Assembly (NCBI GenBank): GCA_903871545.1
Contig: CAIQHG010000018.1
Coordinates: 5,163-69,162 of the forward strand
Direction: 5' to 3'
Origin: an uncultured Burkholderiales bacterium
GTDB lineage: Bacteria; Pseudomonadota; Gammaproteobacteria; Burkholderiales; Burkholderiaceae_C
DNA: 64,000 bases
The notes beneath the pieces were generated by a model, which had not been told where the DNA came from, did no database searches, and saw only the letters and a list, made by a program, of their open reading frames with translations. Of the stretch, positions 9,533 to 19,928 are shown one piece after another. The translations under genes were made by a program, and so were the position numbers. Position 1 is the stretch's first letter, and each line of letters starts with the position of its first letter.

Positions 9533-11104
9533 TCAATTTGCCTTTGACAAAGCATTGGGCTGAGCCGACGAGATGGATTGTCTTAATTCCCTTAATTCCT
9601 TATCTGCGGAGTTATCGGATGTGTTTGTCGGTTTATTTAACCAACCACCACCTAGGGACTGAAAGAGAGCTGCCGTATCCGCATACCTAGCGGCTTTAGC
9701 GTTGATTAGACCAATTAATGCTTGTTGATAAGTTCTTTGTGAGTCCAATAATGCCAAATAGCTAGTGGCCCCTAATTGATATTGCTTCGTACTCAGCTCT
9801 AGCGCTTCTTTTGAAATAGATTCCACCTGGGCTTGATCTTTTAAAGTTTGAGTGTCAGCCTCTAACGCTTTCAAAGAGTCTGCAACATTTTGAAAGGCAC
9901 TTAAAACGGTGGCTCTGTATTGTTGTGTTGCCTGCTCGTAGGTGGCCTTGGAGGCCTTTAATTTTGCACTCAGAGCCCCTCCATTGAAAATCGGTGCAGT
10001 AACTCCACCCGCCAAGTTCCAAAACATGGATGGACCGTTGAAAAGTCCGCCCTGATTGCCTGCGGACGATCCGTAACTTGCAGATATATTGAACTGCGGG
10101 TATTGATTAGCAGTAGCTACGCCCACTAAAGCGCTTGCTTGGTGAAGCAAGGCCTCACTTGCTTTTATATCTGGCCTTTGCTTGACCAAGTCCGATGCCA
10201 GGGAAACAGGGAGGTCCTGTGGCAGGTCTAATGAATCTAAGTCAAATTGTGTCTCTACTGGCTCATTAGGGGGGAGACCCGCGTAGACGGAGAGTTGGTG
10301 ACGCGTTTGAGATAAGGACTTCTCCAGGGCCGGCAAAGTAGAGCTAGTTTGAGCAACAATGTTAATCTGCTGTAGTACAGGTGCTTTACTAATAGCGCCT
10401 GCATTAAATTGTTTTTGTATTACTTCTAGCTGAGTAGTTTGGGCTTTTATTAGCTCTTTGGTTGCTTTAATTTGCTCTCGCAATGAGGCCTCCTTAATGG
10501 AGGTCGTAACAACATTTGCTGTAAGTGTGAGGTAAGTCGCTTCAAGCTGATAGTTTTGATACTCCATTAAAGCTTTTTGGCTCTCTATCAGTCTGCGATT
10601 TGCGCCAAAGAGGTCAAATGTATAGCTCACATTGACAGATGCATTAACTAAGCCGAAAACTGTCCCTTGCCCATTAGGAAGACCTGCCTGCTGGGATTGA
10701 AGTTGATTGAGTTTTTCTCGCTGGGAGCTAAAGCTCCCCGAGACGTTAGGAGTCATCAGACTTGCATATTGATAGTTGTATATTTCAAAAGCAGACTTTA
10801 GGGATGATTGCGCAGCTAAAAGATTAGGATTATTTTGAAGTGATTTAACAATGAGTCGGTTTAAGGGCTCATTGTGAAACAGTTGCCACCACTCGGCTGG
10901 GATTTGTCCACCTGGGATAAACTTTTGTTTTTTTGGAGAGCCCGTGCCTGGGTCTAATTGGTCCTGTAGGGGGGGTTGTGTATAGGAGGAGGCCTGCAAA
11001 GAGGTCTGTGCTAGCTTGGGGGGTACAAAATCGGGTCCGACTGCGCATCCCACTAAGAGTGATAAGAAAATAAAACAGCCTAAGATATGACTGTGTTTTT
11101 TCAT
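9533..11104 (-). CDS. Outer-membrane efflux lipoprotein (NodT/OprM family)
   Basis: Lipobox LVGC-AVGPDF, RPDIKASE and ALFQSLGGGW motifs. Start moved to ATG 11104 (ORF track gives 11347). Confidence 0.92.
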   Translation of the reverse strand: MKKHSHILGCFIFLSLLVGCAVGPDFVPPKLAQTSLQASSYTQPPLQDQLDPGTGSPKKQKFIPGGQIPAEWWQLFHNEPLNRLIVKSLQNNPNLLAAQSSLKSAFEIYNYQYASLMTPNVSGSFSSQREKLNQLQSQQAGLPNGQGTVFGLVNASVNVSYTFDLFGANRRLIESQKALMEYQNYQLEATYLTLTANVVTTSIKEASLREQIKATKELIKAQTTQLEVIQKQFNAGAISKAPVLQQINIVAQTSSTLPALEKSLSQTRHQLSVYAGLPPNEPVETQFDLDSLDLPQDLPVSLASDLVKQRPDIKASEALLHQASALVGVATANQYPQFNISASYGSSAGNQGGLFNGPSMFWNLAGGVTAPIFNGGALSAKLKASKATYEQATQQYRATVLSAFQNVADSLKALEADTQTLKDQAQVESISKEALELSTKQYQLGATSYLALLDSQRTYQQALIGLINAKAARYADTAALFQSLGGGWLNKPTNTSDNSADKELRELRQSISSAQPNALSKAN

Positions 11105-11288
11105 TTGTGGGGACCTATGAGGTGGGTCAAGTAGACGGTTGGGATTTTTTGACTTCATAAATTTGGAGCTCAGAGCGCAGCGTTTGGACGGTTTCACGTC
11201 TAAGCCTCGTATCATGCCACAGGAAAACCCTAGGTCACATTTGAAGGGTATCAAATTCTCACACACGCACCAATATGGTGCATATATT

Positions 11289-12038
11289 TTATTCCACACT
11301 TCTGAAAAACAGCATGCTCCAAATCTTTTTCTCATTAATCCTTTCAAAGCCGCACTCTACTCTGCGCATAGAGTTTTCATAGGTACCAAAAATAATATCC
11401 CAAAGGGGTATTCCATAGTTGTTAGAGTGTTTATTCTTCTCATGATGAACTCGGTGCATTTCAGGTCTTACGATGAAGTAACCTATCCATTTGGGCGTTT
11501 TTATATTTGTGTGCTCCCACAGTTCAAAAACCCCTACCCAAAAAGTAGTCCAAAGGGCTGCCTCTAAGTTATACCCCAGCAAAAAGTAAGAGACGGCATT
11601 AACTATCAAAGCGTTAGATAGAAAATCGCTTGGGTGGGCATAAAAAGCGGTCACAGTCTCAAGTCGGTAAGTGCTGTGGTGAATCTGGTGAAACCACCTC
11701 CAAACAGTGTCGCTGTAGTGCCTCAAACGGTGCCACCAGTAGACAAAAAAAGTGACACAGTAATATCCTACTATTCCTTGGACAAATTCGTTCAGGTGGG
11801 TTGTTAACCAATTTGCCCTAAATAACAAATTGAAATGACTATTTGTATCATTGAGGTTGGCCTGGATAAAACTACCCAAGACCAATGTAAGCGAAATACC
11901 CGCACCTGCAAGTAATACGGCGCGTATGGTCCAAGACCAGTCCCATTCATAAGACTGGTTGGGCCAAATACGCTCTATGCCTATCAGTAAAACGGCTAAA
12001 CAAGCGTTCAACAAAAAGGTGAGTACCGAAGTATCCAT
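11289..12038 (-). CDS. Sterol desaturase / fatty-acid hydroxylase family protein
   Basis: Histidine boxes YWWHRLRH, HQIHHS, EHTN, HRVHH and NYG...WD.IFGT. Confidence 0.88.
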   Translation of the reverse strand: MDTSVLTFLLNACLAVLLIGIERIWPNQSYEWDWSWTIRAVLLAGAGISLTLVLGSFIQANLNDTNSHFNLLFRANWLTTHLNEFVQGIVGYYCVTFFVYWWHRLRHYSDTVWRWFHQIHHSTYRLETVTAFYAHPSDFLSNALIVNAVSYFLLGYNLEAALWTTFWVGVFELWEHTNIKTPKWIGYFIVRPEMHRVHHEKNKHSNNYGIPLWDIIFGTYENSMRRVECGFERINEKKIWSMLFFRSVE

Positions 12039-12094
12039 GTGGAATTTATATTAAATTGATACAGCCTACCAAAAATAATTAGGCTTGGCGTAGG

Positions 12095-14332
12095 TCAGAT
12101 TTTTTTAAGGGTTTCAAAAAATTCGTTTGATTGGTCTTGATCCGATCTAGGCCAAAATTCTTTTAATGCATGGGATAATTTTTGTTTGCTAATTAAAAGT
12201 TGCTGCGAGTCAAGCGCCAACTGTAAAGCGCGCTGGTAATATTCGCTCTCTGTCTCACACACATTTTCCATCATGTCAACGTCGTTTAGTAGACTTGATG
12301 CAACTCGAGACGCAAAGCTTGAGCCTCTCAAAGTGACAACCGGCACGCCGCACAAAAGGGAATCCCCAACAGTGGTGTGTCCATTGTACGGGTATGTGTC
12401 TAAAAACAAATCAGCATGTTTGTACCGTGCAAGGTGATCCTCTAGGTTGGGGACCCTAGAGGCAAAGATAATTCTCTCGGAATTAATTCCTGAAGCGGTG
12501 GCTGTTTTGAGTAGGTTAATCTGCGTGTCCTGGGTAAGTTTCATGAGCCATAGAACGCTGTTTGGAACTTCCTTTAAAAGTCGCATCCAGCATGCAAAAA
12601 TAGAGGGGGTTACTTTGAAGTTGTGATTAAAGCTACAAAAAACAAATGCATCTGGGGGCAAGCCGTATTCGTTTTTTGCTAGGGGCTTTGCACTAGGCTT
12701 AACCGAATTATCTCTAGGCAAATAACAGTGCTTTAGCTCTAGAATTTTCTCTGAAAAGGAGTCTCTAAACTCAGGGGGAACAGTGACAGGGTCGACAATC
12801 AGATAGTCCACATAGGGCAAACAAAGAGTTCCGGGAAACCCAAGGTAAGTCATCTGAACGGGGCAGGGTCTGTGTGATAAAACGTCAAGTCGTTCTCCCT
12901 CAGTGTGACCAGACAGATCAATCACAATATCGACTTCTAGGGCCCTAAGGATTTTTGCTATTTCAATGCTTGTTTTAGTTTGGCAGTCTAAGTAGTGCTC
13001 AAAAGCACATCTATACCTCCTCCAAAGCTCGCTTTGATCGTTTATTCCGACAGACAAGCCAATTAATTCAAAATCATTTTTGTTGGCTTTCTCAACCATT
13101 GATATGAATAAGTAGCCCACTGGGTGAATCCTGTAATCAGCGGACAAAAAAGCAACTCGTTTCCTAGGGTGCTTGTAAACCTCTCCTGTCCAGAGCGCTG
13201 GATTTGATGATTTGATTTTTTCTGCTACGTACCCCTGAGTTGCTTTTTTTACCAAACGCACGTCCCCTGATATACCTGTAAAGGTCAGTGGCGCGCAGAC
13301 CAAAGAGCCAGTCTCTACGCCTTTGATAATTCTTTGCTGAATTAAATCAAAGTCCTCCCACTCACAGTTATGGACCATACACAGCATAAGTTGTGAGTTG
13401 GCTTTTGGTGAATTTGGGTCTATTTCTATGATGCGTTTAAAAATATTACCGGCTAATTTAAACTCTTTAAATTGGGTCAGCATAACTCCTTGGCTCTCTA
13501 AGAGGGGAATGTTATTGGGCACTTGCTCGCACCCCTCAACCAAAATAAGTAAAGCTTCTTTATGTCTATTCAAAAACTGTAGTAAGGCAGCAATATTAAG
13601 ATACATACCCGTGTGTTTGGGGTCTACGCTTATCCCTTGGCGATAACAGTCTATGGCCTCTGGGTAACGTCCTAAATCAGTGAGGAGTTTTCCTTTGGCG
13701 TGATAGCTTGGCGCAACAGTTGGATAAAATTCAATGGCACTTGAGAAAAGCGATAGGGCTTTGTCATTTTCACCAAAAGCAATATTAACTATTCCAAGGG
13801 TGTATAGAGCTGTAAAATTTTTAGGATCTAACTCAAGCGCTCTTAGAAGAAGTTTTTCAGCCCCGGCGTTATCACCACTATTTTGCAGACCTACTCCCTT
13901 TGAGGTGAGAGAGATGACTTCGGGGGAGGTTTCACTGCCATTAGCGGGTTTGGTTTTAAGAAGAACCTCCACCATTTCAAGATGTGCCTTGGCCGGAGCA
14001 AGTTTGGCGTCTAACAAGAGAGCTTGCTTAGCAGAGTTGATTGACTCCTCAAATTTCCCCGTATTTGAATAAACGATCGACATAGCCAAGTGACCCAATG
14101 CAAATTTGGGACTTAAAAGAAGTAATTTCTTTAAGTACTCATGCGCTATTTCAAAATTCTTAGCTGTAGACTCAACTGCCCCCAAGGAGTAAAGCACCGC
14201 AGAGCTCTTGGGTTCGGCTTTTAAAAGCTCTAGAAATAAGTCACGCGCTTTGTCCAAATCTCCACCAGTTTGAAGACCAATAGCCTGATTTAAACGTTCT
14301 TGAAACACTTTAGGGGAGATTTTCGGCTTCAT
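12095..14332 (-). CDS. TPR-fused GT41 (OGT/SPINDLY-like) glycosyltransferase
   Basis: TPRs, then SADYRIHPVG, DLSGHT, QMTYLGFPGT, FNHNFKV, DTYPYNGHTT and SFASRVASSLL. Confidence 0.9.
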   Translation of the reverse strand: MKPKISPKVFQERLNQAIGLQTGGDLDKARDLFLELLKAEPKSSAVLYSLGAVESTAKNFEIAHEYLKKLLLLSPKFALGHLAMSIVYSNTGKFEESINSAKQALLLDAKLAPAKAHLEMVEVLLKTKPANGSETSPEVISLTSKGVGLQNSGDNAGAEKLLLRALELDPKNFTALYTLGIVNIAFGENDKALSLFSSAIEFYPTVAPSYHAKGKLLTDLGRYPEAIDCYRQGISVDPKHTGMYLNIAALLQFLNRHKEALLILVEGCEQVPNNIPLLESQGVMLTQFKEFKLAGNIFKRIIEIDPNSPKANSQLMLCMVHNCEWEDFDLIQQRIIKGVETGSLVCAPLTFTGISGDVRLVKKATQGYVAEKIKSSNPALWTGEVYKHPRKRVAFLSADYRIHPVGYLFISMVEKANKNDFELIGLSVGINDQSELWRRYRCAFEHYLDCQTKTSIEIAKILRALEVDIVIDLSGHTEGERLDVLSHRPCPVQMTYLGFPGTLCLPYVDYLIVDPVTVPPEFRDSFSEKILELKHCYLPRDNSVKPSAKPLAKNEYGLPPDAFVFCSFNHNFKVTPSIFACWMRLLKEVPNSVLWLMKLTQDTQINLLKTATASGINSERIIFASRVPNLEDHLARYKHADLFLDTYPYNGHTTVGDSLLCGVPVVTLRGSSFASRVASSLLNDVDMMENVCETESEYYQRALQLALDSQQLLISKQKLSHALKEFWPRSDQDQSNEFFETLKKI

Positions 14333-14489
14333 AATTAGAAATGTGGAGTGGGCGAAAGTCTGGGTAACCCGTTGATTTTAGACTCAGTTAAACTAAATTG
14401 CTTTCAATGCTTGTTCGCAGTTACGTGCAGTTTTATTAAGTTGTAGGGTTAAAATGAGTGTTTAGGCTTAAAAAAATGATCCATTTACC

Positions 14490-14861
14490 ATGATCTTGTT
14501 AATGGTTTTACAAGCTCTGTTGGCTATTTTATATTTTTATACAGCCCCATTTTCAATGTCCCCGGCTTTGTATATTACTTTGATTATCAATGTAGGCGCT
14601 CTTTTTAAGCTTGGGCAAGCATTTCAAAATTTAGGAGCTGATTTTTTTGACCGCATTAGACTTTTAAGATGGATTTTTTCGATAACTCTACTGTTGCTTG
14701 AGTTTTTTATATATTTGCGTCCCGATCCTGTAAGTTTGACGGCGCTTCAAGGCTTTATCAATGATGCTGAGGTATTTGTGACGGGATTGTTGGTGGGCGT
14801 ATTGTGGCAAGATAAACTAATAGGCTTTAAATTTAATCTTTTTGGCAAGTTAAAAGATTGA
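14490..14861 (+). CDS. Hypothetical multi-pass membrane protein
   Basis: 123 aa, about 4 hydrophobic helices, 13 nt upstream of the next gene. Confidence 0.6.
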   Translation: MILLMVLQALLAILYFYTAPFSMSPALYITLIINVGALFKLGQAFQNLGADFFDRIRLLRWIFSITLLLLEFFIYLRPDPVSLTALQGFINDAEVFVTGLLVGVLWQDKLIGFKFNLFGKLKD

Positions 14862-14874
14862 TACAGGTAACTTC

Positions 14875-16497
14875 ATGCGTCCCCCTTTTCAGCCTCAGCC
14901 CCAAAAGCTTAACAAGGCACTAATCATACGTTTGACGCAGTTGCTTACTCAGGCGGTAGATGCCCAAAACAAGGGGCAAATGCAAGAGGCAAAGTCTTTG
15001 TACCAGCAAGTTGTTAAGTTACAGCCAGCTAATTTTGAGTGCTGGCATATTTTGGGTATCTTTGAATATCAAAATAAAAACTATGCAGAGTCACAAAAAC
15101 TTTTTAGAAAAGTTCTTTCGATAAATCCCCGATATGCACCTGCTCACTGCAACTTGGGGTTAGTTCTTCAAGATATGGGTGATCTGGCTGGATCTATTTT
15201 GTGTTACGACAAAGCACTCAGTTTGGATCCTGCCCTCGCTGCGGCTCACAATAACAAAGGCAATTCTTTAAAAGTTATGGGCGACTTGGCCCATGCGTTG
15301 ACTCATTTCCTCAACGCAGTTTGTTATTTACCAGACTATCCACAGGCTCTTTACAATGCGGCCGAAGTGTACAAATCCCTTGAGATGTGGGACTTGTCCT
15401 TAGCTTTTTATAACAGAGCTATCCAGGCTCGGGTCGATTACTTCGAGGCCTATAACAACCGAGGCCTATTGCTACAGTTCTTAAACCGCGTTGAAGAGGC
15501 TATCGATAGCTTTAACAAAAGTATTGAGCTTCAACCCGGCTATGCTCCAGCTCATACCAATAAATCACTAGCGCTTTTGCTCAAAGGGGACTTTGAAGAG
15601 GGTTGGAGAGAACATGAGTGGCGCTGGAGGATGGTTGAATTCACCTCAGCGCAACGTAATTTCACCAAGCCTCAATGGACGGGTCAATTTGGTTTTAGTG
15701 GAGGATTGAAAGGAAAAAAGATTCTCGTCCACTGCGAGCAAGGTATTGGTGATACGCTTCAGTTTTGTAGGTATTTGCCGCTTGTACATAAAACCGGTGC
15801 GGAGGTTTTTGTGGAGGTGCAAGACTCTTTATACAGTTTGATCGCACAGCTTGTCTCACCTGATTATTTAATCAGGCAAGGAGATCCTTTGCCGGAATTC
15901 GATTTTCATTGCCCGATGATCAGTTTGCCCTTTGCAGTTTTTGCCTTTCACCCTGAAATACCAGCACATGAACACTATCTAAAACCAAATGACGCCATAA
16001 AAATGGCTTGGTCTCAAAGATTGGGTAACCAAAGGAAAAAGAGGATAGGCTGGGTATGGAGTGGCAATCAATTCCACCATAACGATGGCCACAGAAGCTT
16101 GCCTTTGCAAACTTTAAAGCCCTTTATTGAACTACTTGACAATGATTTTGAGCAATTTAGTTTGCAAAAAGATCTAAGGCAGGGAGAGTCGGAGATTTTG
16201 AACGATTTACCCTGTATGCTTAATCTGTCTGAATCGATTGCGAGCTTCGAGGACACAGCAGCTTTATGCGCTTTGATGGATATCGTAATAACAGTTGACA
16301 CGAGTGTTGCTCACCTATCTGGATCTTTGGGCCGACCTACATGGCTTTTGCTTGCGTTCGCTCCAGATTGGCGGTGGATGCTTGATAGGGACGACTCCCC
16401 ATGGTATCCCTCTTTTAAACTTTTTAGACAAAAAGCAATTTCAGATTGGGCAAGCGTTTTGAGTTCGCTTTGTGCCGAACTAGAAAAACATGATTAA
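14875..16497 (+). CDS. TPR-fused GT-B glycosyltransferase (GT9-like, FlmG-type architecture)
   Basis: TPRs, then EQGIGDTLQFCRY and DTAALC..MD.VITVDTSVAHLSG.LG.PTW, DWRW, SPWYPS. Confidence 0.85.
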   Translation: MRPPFQPQPQKLNKALIIRLTQLLTQAVDAQNKGQMQEAKSLYQQVVKLQPANFECWHILGIFEYQNKNYAESQKLFRKVLSINPRYAPAHCNLGLVLQDMGDLAGSILCYDKALSLDPALAAAHNNKGNSLKVMGDLAHALTHFLNAVCYLPDYPQALYNAAEVYKSLEMWDLSLAFYNRAIQARVDYFEAYNNRGLLLQFLNRVEEAIDSFNKSIELQPGYAPAHTNKSLALLLKGDFEEGWREHEWRWRMVEFTSAQRNFTKPQWTGQFGFSGGLKGKKILVHCEQGIGDTLQFCRYLPLVHKTGAEVFVEVQDSLYSLIAQLVSPDYLIRQGDPLPEFDFHCPMISLPFAVFAFHPEIPAHEHYLKPNDAIKMAWSQRLGNQRKKRIGWVWSGNQFHHNDGHRSLPLQTLKPFIELLDNDFEQFSLQKDLRQGESEILNDLPCMLNLSESIASFEDTAALCALMDIVITVDTSVAHLSGSLGRPTWLLLAFAPDWRWMLDRDDSPWYPSFKLFRQKAISDWASVLSSLCAELEKHD

Positions 16498-17458
16498 AGA
16501 TGGCACATCAGAATTTACAACTGGCGTTACAGTAAATATCTCTTTCACTAGCCTAAAGAGTTCACTTTCATTGTTACATGCAGTATTGCTTTTATTGATC
16601 GTAGCTATTTGGGGCACTAACTTTGTGGTTATGAAATATACCGTTGATGTTATTCCACCCCTGATGCTAGCTACTTTGAGGTTTTTTTTCACCCTTATAC
16701 CGACAGTATTCTTTGTAAAAAGACCTAAAGCGGATTTAGCTAATTTGGCAGGCTACGGTTTATCAATTGGTGTATTGCAATTTGGATTTTTGTATGTTGC
16801 TGTGAACGGACGCATTACCCCTGGACTTGCCTCTTTGGTAGTCCAGACCCAAGTACTTTTTACGATTGCTTTATCGGCTTACTTAAATAAGGAGAGTGTG
16901 AGGCCCCACCAACTCATCGCTTTGGTGATTGCTGTAGTTGGTCTGCTAATTATCGCCTCCAATACAGATTCCAATACGACACCACTTGGTTTAGGATTGA
17001 CTTTCGTTGCGGCGCTAGGATGGGCTATCGGCAATTTATTTTCAAAGAGGGCAGTAGACGTCGATATGCTGAGTTATGTGGTTTGGTCCGCTGCATTTTC
17101 CTGTCCAGCATTGCTTTGTCTATCTTTTTACTTTGAGGGTGTAGATCATTTCTTTCAAGTCATTCAAGTTATAAGTTGGCAAACATGGGCAGGAGTTATT
17201 TGGCAAGGCTGGTTTAGCACTATCCTTTGTTACGCTGTTTGGGGGTGGCTGCTTGCAAGGTATACGGCGGCAACAGTCTCTCCATTTGCATTGCTTATCC
17301 CGGTATTTGGGATGGGGGCATCTGCTTTTTTTCTAGACGAATCAATACCGATGTGGAAAAGTGGTGCTGCTTTAATAGTCATTTTTGCGATGCTATTGAA
17401 TACATTTGGTGCAAAACTAATTCAGGGGTGGAGTAAAAATCCACACGTAAAAGGTTAG
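16490..17458 (+). CDS. EamA/DMT family exporter
   Basis: 10-TM pattern; IWGTNFVV, GLASLVVQTQ and FALLIPVFG resemble the O-acetylserine/cysteine exporter EamA. Confidence 0.88.
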   Translation: MIKDGTSEFTTGVTVNISFTSLKSSLSLLHAVLLLLIVAIWGTNFVVMKYTVDVIPPLMLATLRFFFTLIPTVFFVKRPKADLANLAGYGLSIGVLQFGFLYVAVNGRITPGLASLVVQTQVLFTIALSAYLNKESVRPHQLIALVIAVVGLLIIASNTDSNTTPLGLGLTFVAALGWAIGNLFSKRAVDVDMLSYVVWSAAFSCPALLCLSFYFEGVDHFFQVIQVISWQTWAGVIWQGWFSTILCYAVWGWLLARYTAATVSPFALLIPVFGMGASAFFLDESIPMWKSGAALIVIFAMLLNTFGAKLIQGWSKNPHVKG

Positions 17459-17471
17459 CGCAGTTATTTAT

Positions 17472-19874
17472 ATGTCTTTAATACTTTTAAGCATACAAGA
17501 CCATAAAACCAAAGCTGACCATTTCTTAGCATTGGGAGACCTATCAAGCGCATTAGAAATATATATAAGCGGTCTAATTATTCATCCTGAGAGTTTAGAG
17601 CTTAATTTGTGTGCTGGGTTTGTTAAAGGGCAATTAAACTTAATGCCAGGAGCCTTAGAGCATTTTCGACAGGCTTCTCAATTAGATCCAAACTCTCTTG
17701 ATGCTTACAGAGGCTTAGCGCTGTGCGCAGAAAATTTAAACGATTGGACACTTGCCCTGCAAGCCAACAAAAAAACGATTGATCTTATAAGTCGTGATTT
17801 ACGAAATTCAAATTTAGATGATCTTCGTAACATCTTAAGTATTTTTAAAAAAACAATTGATATTTACTGCACATTAAATCTTGAAGATCAGGCGTTAGAT
17901 TTTATCGATGACACTTTAGTGCTCTTTCCTTGTGAAGGTTTAATTTATACTTATAAAGGGTTGATCAGTGATCAAAAAAGGGCAACCGATCCTTGCGATA
18001 AGTGTTCTTTGAGAAGAAGTATTGAGTGTTATGAAAGGGCTATTTCAATTGACCCCTCAAGGGCTGAAAATCATTATTTTCTGGCAAATCTTTTATCCAC
18101 ACTTAAGCAGTGGCAAAAAGCGGTAAATACCTTTAATGTGGCGTTACAACTCCGCCCCAATCATATAGAGTCGCACAATAATATTGCCGTAGCTTATCAG
18201 GCGCTTGATGATGGAGAACGTGCTTCATACCACTTTAAAAGATGTATTGAGTTTTTAGAAGTCTTATCAATTGAAGCCACTAACCCAAAGCTTTGTGCGC
18301 CGCAATTGTTTTTTAATGCTGGTGCCGCATTGGTTTTGCAATTCAAGGACGAAGAAGCTAGAGCCTACTTTGAAAGAGCCCTTTTGCTAGATCCCCGGTA
18401 TCCGCAGCTTTTGGGGGCTTACGTGCATTTGAGAATGAAGCTGTGCGACTGGTACACACGAACTAAAATTGCATACCCATCAAAAACCCAATTCAGTAGG
18501 TTTGACTTAAACGAGCTTATTCGTATTTTGCTCAAGTGGGTTCAAAAAAAAGAGATATTGGTTCATCCCTTCACACTGCTATCTATAACGGACAATGCTC
18601 CGATACATCTTCAAGCTTCAATCACTTGGGCAAACAGTATAGTCAAAGAGGTGAGTTTCTTTAAAAAAGAATTCAATCAACACGCGAGCCAACTTGGTGT
18701 GCTAAAAGTAAATCAGGGGATGGTTGAGGCCGGTGTATGTGAAATTCAAACAAATTCTCAACTCAAGCAACGCAAGGCAAAGATTCGAATAGGTTATTTT
18801 TCTTCTGATTTTAAAGAGCATGCAACCGCCTACCTCATTGCTTCACTGTTTGAGTTGCATAACAGGGAAGATTTTGAAGTTCTAGCCTATTCTTGGAGCG
18901 TTAACGACGAAAGTCTGATTCGCAGCCGGTTACAGGCTTCCTTTGATTATTGGTATGAAGTACAAAATCTCACCGATATTGAATTAGCTCAACTTGCTCG
19001 CAGCCATAATTTAGCAATCGCTGTAGATCTTAAAGGCTATACCCAAGGGGCAAGAACTTCAATTTTTGCTCTAAGAGTAGCTCCAATCCAACTTAGTTAC
19101 CTGGGGTATCCGGGATCTTTGGGGGCTGATTTCATGGATTACTGCGTGGTGGATCACGTTGTTGTTCCACCAGAGCACAGTTCGTTTATGCATGAAAAAT
19201 TAATATTTTTGCCTCCCTCATACCAGGTAAATGATTACAAACAACTAGCTAAACCACGTCTTACAGCAAAGACTGAGCACGGTTTGCCCCTAGAAGGTGC
19301 TGTTTTATGCGCGCTAAATAGTAGCTATAAAATCACACCCGATATGTTCAGTATCTGGGTATCAATTCTTCTTGAACAAGAGCAGGCGATTATTTGGTTA
19401 CTCGAGGATACAGATTCTGTAGTGAATAATCTTCGAGAATTTGCGCTGCAAAGAGGTGTTAACCCAAAGCGTTTGGTATTTGCCAAAAGGGTATCTCATG
19501 ATCTTCATCTAGAAAGACTCAAGCATGCGGACTTATTTTTGGATACATTTCCCTGCAACGCCCATACATCAGCAAGCGACGCCCTAGGGTCCGGATTACC
19601 GTTGGTAACAATGTGCGGAGGTTCATTTGCCTCAAGGGTTGCAGCAAGTTTGTTAGCTTCTTTAGGACTCAATGAGTTAGTGACTTACAGTTTACAGGGC
19701 TATAAGAATAAAGTGCTTGAGCTTCTTAAGGAGCCTGAACGGTTGAGTTTGATAAAAGCGCAACTCTTAACTAGAAAAGAATCCTCAAGCATGCCCTTAT
19801 TTGATACTCACAGATTTATACTTCATTATGAGAAATGCCTAAATTCGATTGTTGGAGTTGAGTCAGCTCAATGA
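17472..19874 (+). CDS. TPR-fused GT41 (OGT-like) glycosyltransferase
   Basis: TPRs, then SSDFKEHATAYL, DLKGYT, QLSYLGYPGS, NSSYKIT, DTFPCNAHTS and SFASRVAASLL. Confidence 0.9.
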   Translation: MSLILLSIQDHKTKADHFLALGDLSSALEIYISGLIIHPESLELNLCAGFVKGQLNLMPGALEHFRQASQLDPNSLDAYRGLALCAENLNDWTLALQANKKTIDLISRDLRNSNLDDLRNILSIFKKTIDIYCTLNLEDQALDFIDDTLVLFPCEGLIYTYKGLISDQKRATDPCDKCSLRRSIECYERAISIDPSRAENHYFLANLLSTLKQWQKAVNTFNVALQLRPNHIESHNNIAVAYQALDDGERASYHFKRCIEFLEVLSIEATNPKLCAPQLFFNAGAALVLQFKDEEARAYFERALLLDPRYPQLLGAYVHLRMKLCDWYTRTKIAYPSKTQFSRFDLNELIRILLKWVQKKEILVHPFTLLSITDNAPIHLQASITWANSIVKEVSFFKKEFNQHASQLGVLKVNQGMVEAGVCEIQTNSQLKQRKAKIRIGYFSSDFKEHATAYLIASLFELHNREDFEVLAYSWSVNDESLIRSRLQASFDYWYEVQNLTDIELAQLARSHNLAIAVDLKGYTQGARTSIFALRVAPIQLSYLGYPGSLGADFMDYCVVDHVVVPPEHSSFMHEKLIFLPPSYQVNDYKQLAKPRLTAKTEHGLPLEGAVLCALNSSYKITPDMFSIWVSILLEQEQAIIWLLEDTDSVVNNLREFALQRGVNPKRLVFAKRVSHDLHLERLKHADLFLDTFPCNAHTSASDALGSGLPLVTMCGGSFASRVAASLLASLGLNELVTYSLQGYKNKVLELLKEPERLSLIKAQLLTRKESSSMPLFDTHRFILHYEKCLNSIVGVESAQ

Positions 19875-19928
19875 CATAAAACTACCGGCTACTCTTTACA
19901 TTCAACGATATCAGCCTCGATATGACCC

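Noticed and set aside
9533-11347. Long N-terminal extensions in the ORF track for the OMF, MFP, yhbY, rlmE, ftsH, rpmE2, rho and trxA
   Set aside because: Downstream starts give canonical N-termini and lengths; the extensions are open-frame artefacts, not novel domains.
16490-17458. EamA protein as a nucleotide-sugar transporter for the glycosyltransferases
   Set aside because: Its motifs match the amino-acid/O-acetylserine exporter branch, and the TPR enzymes lack signal peptides, so they are cytoplasmic and need no donor export.
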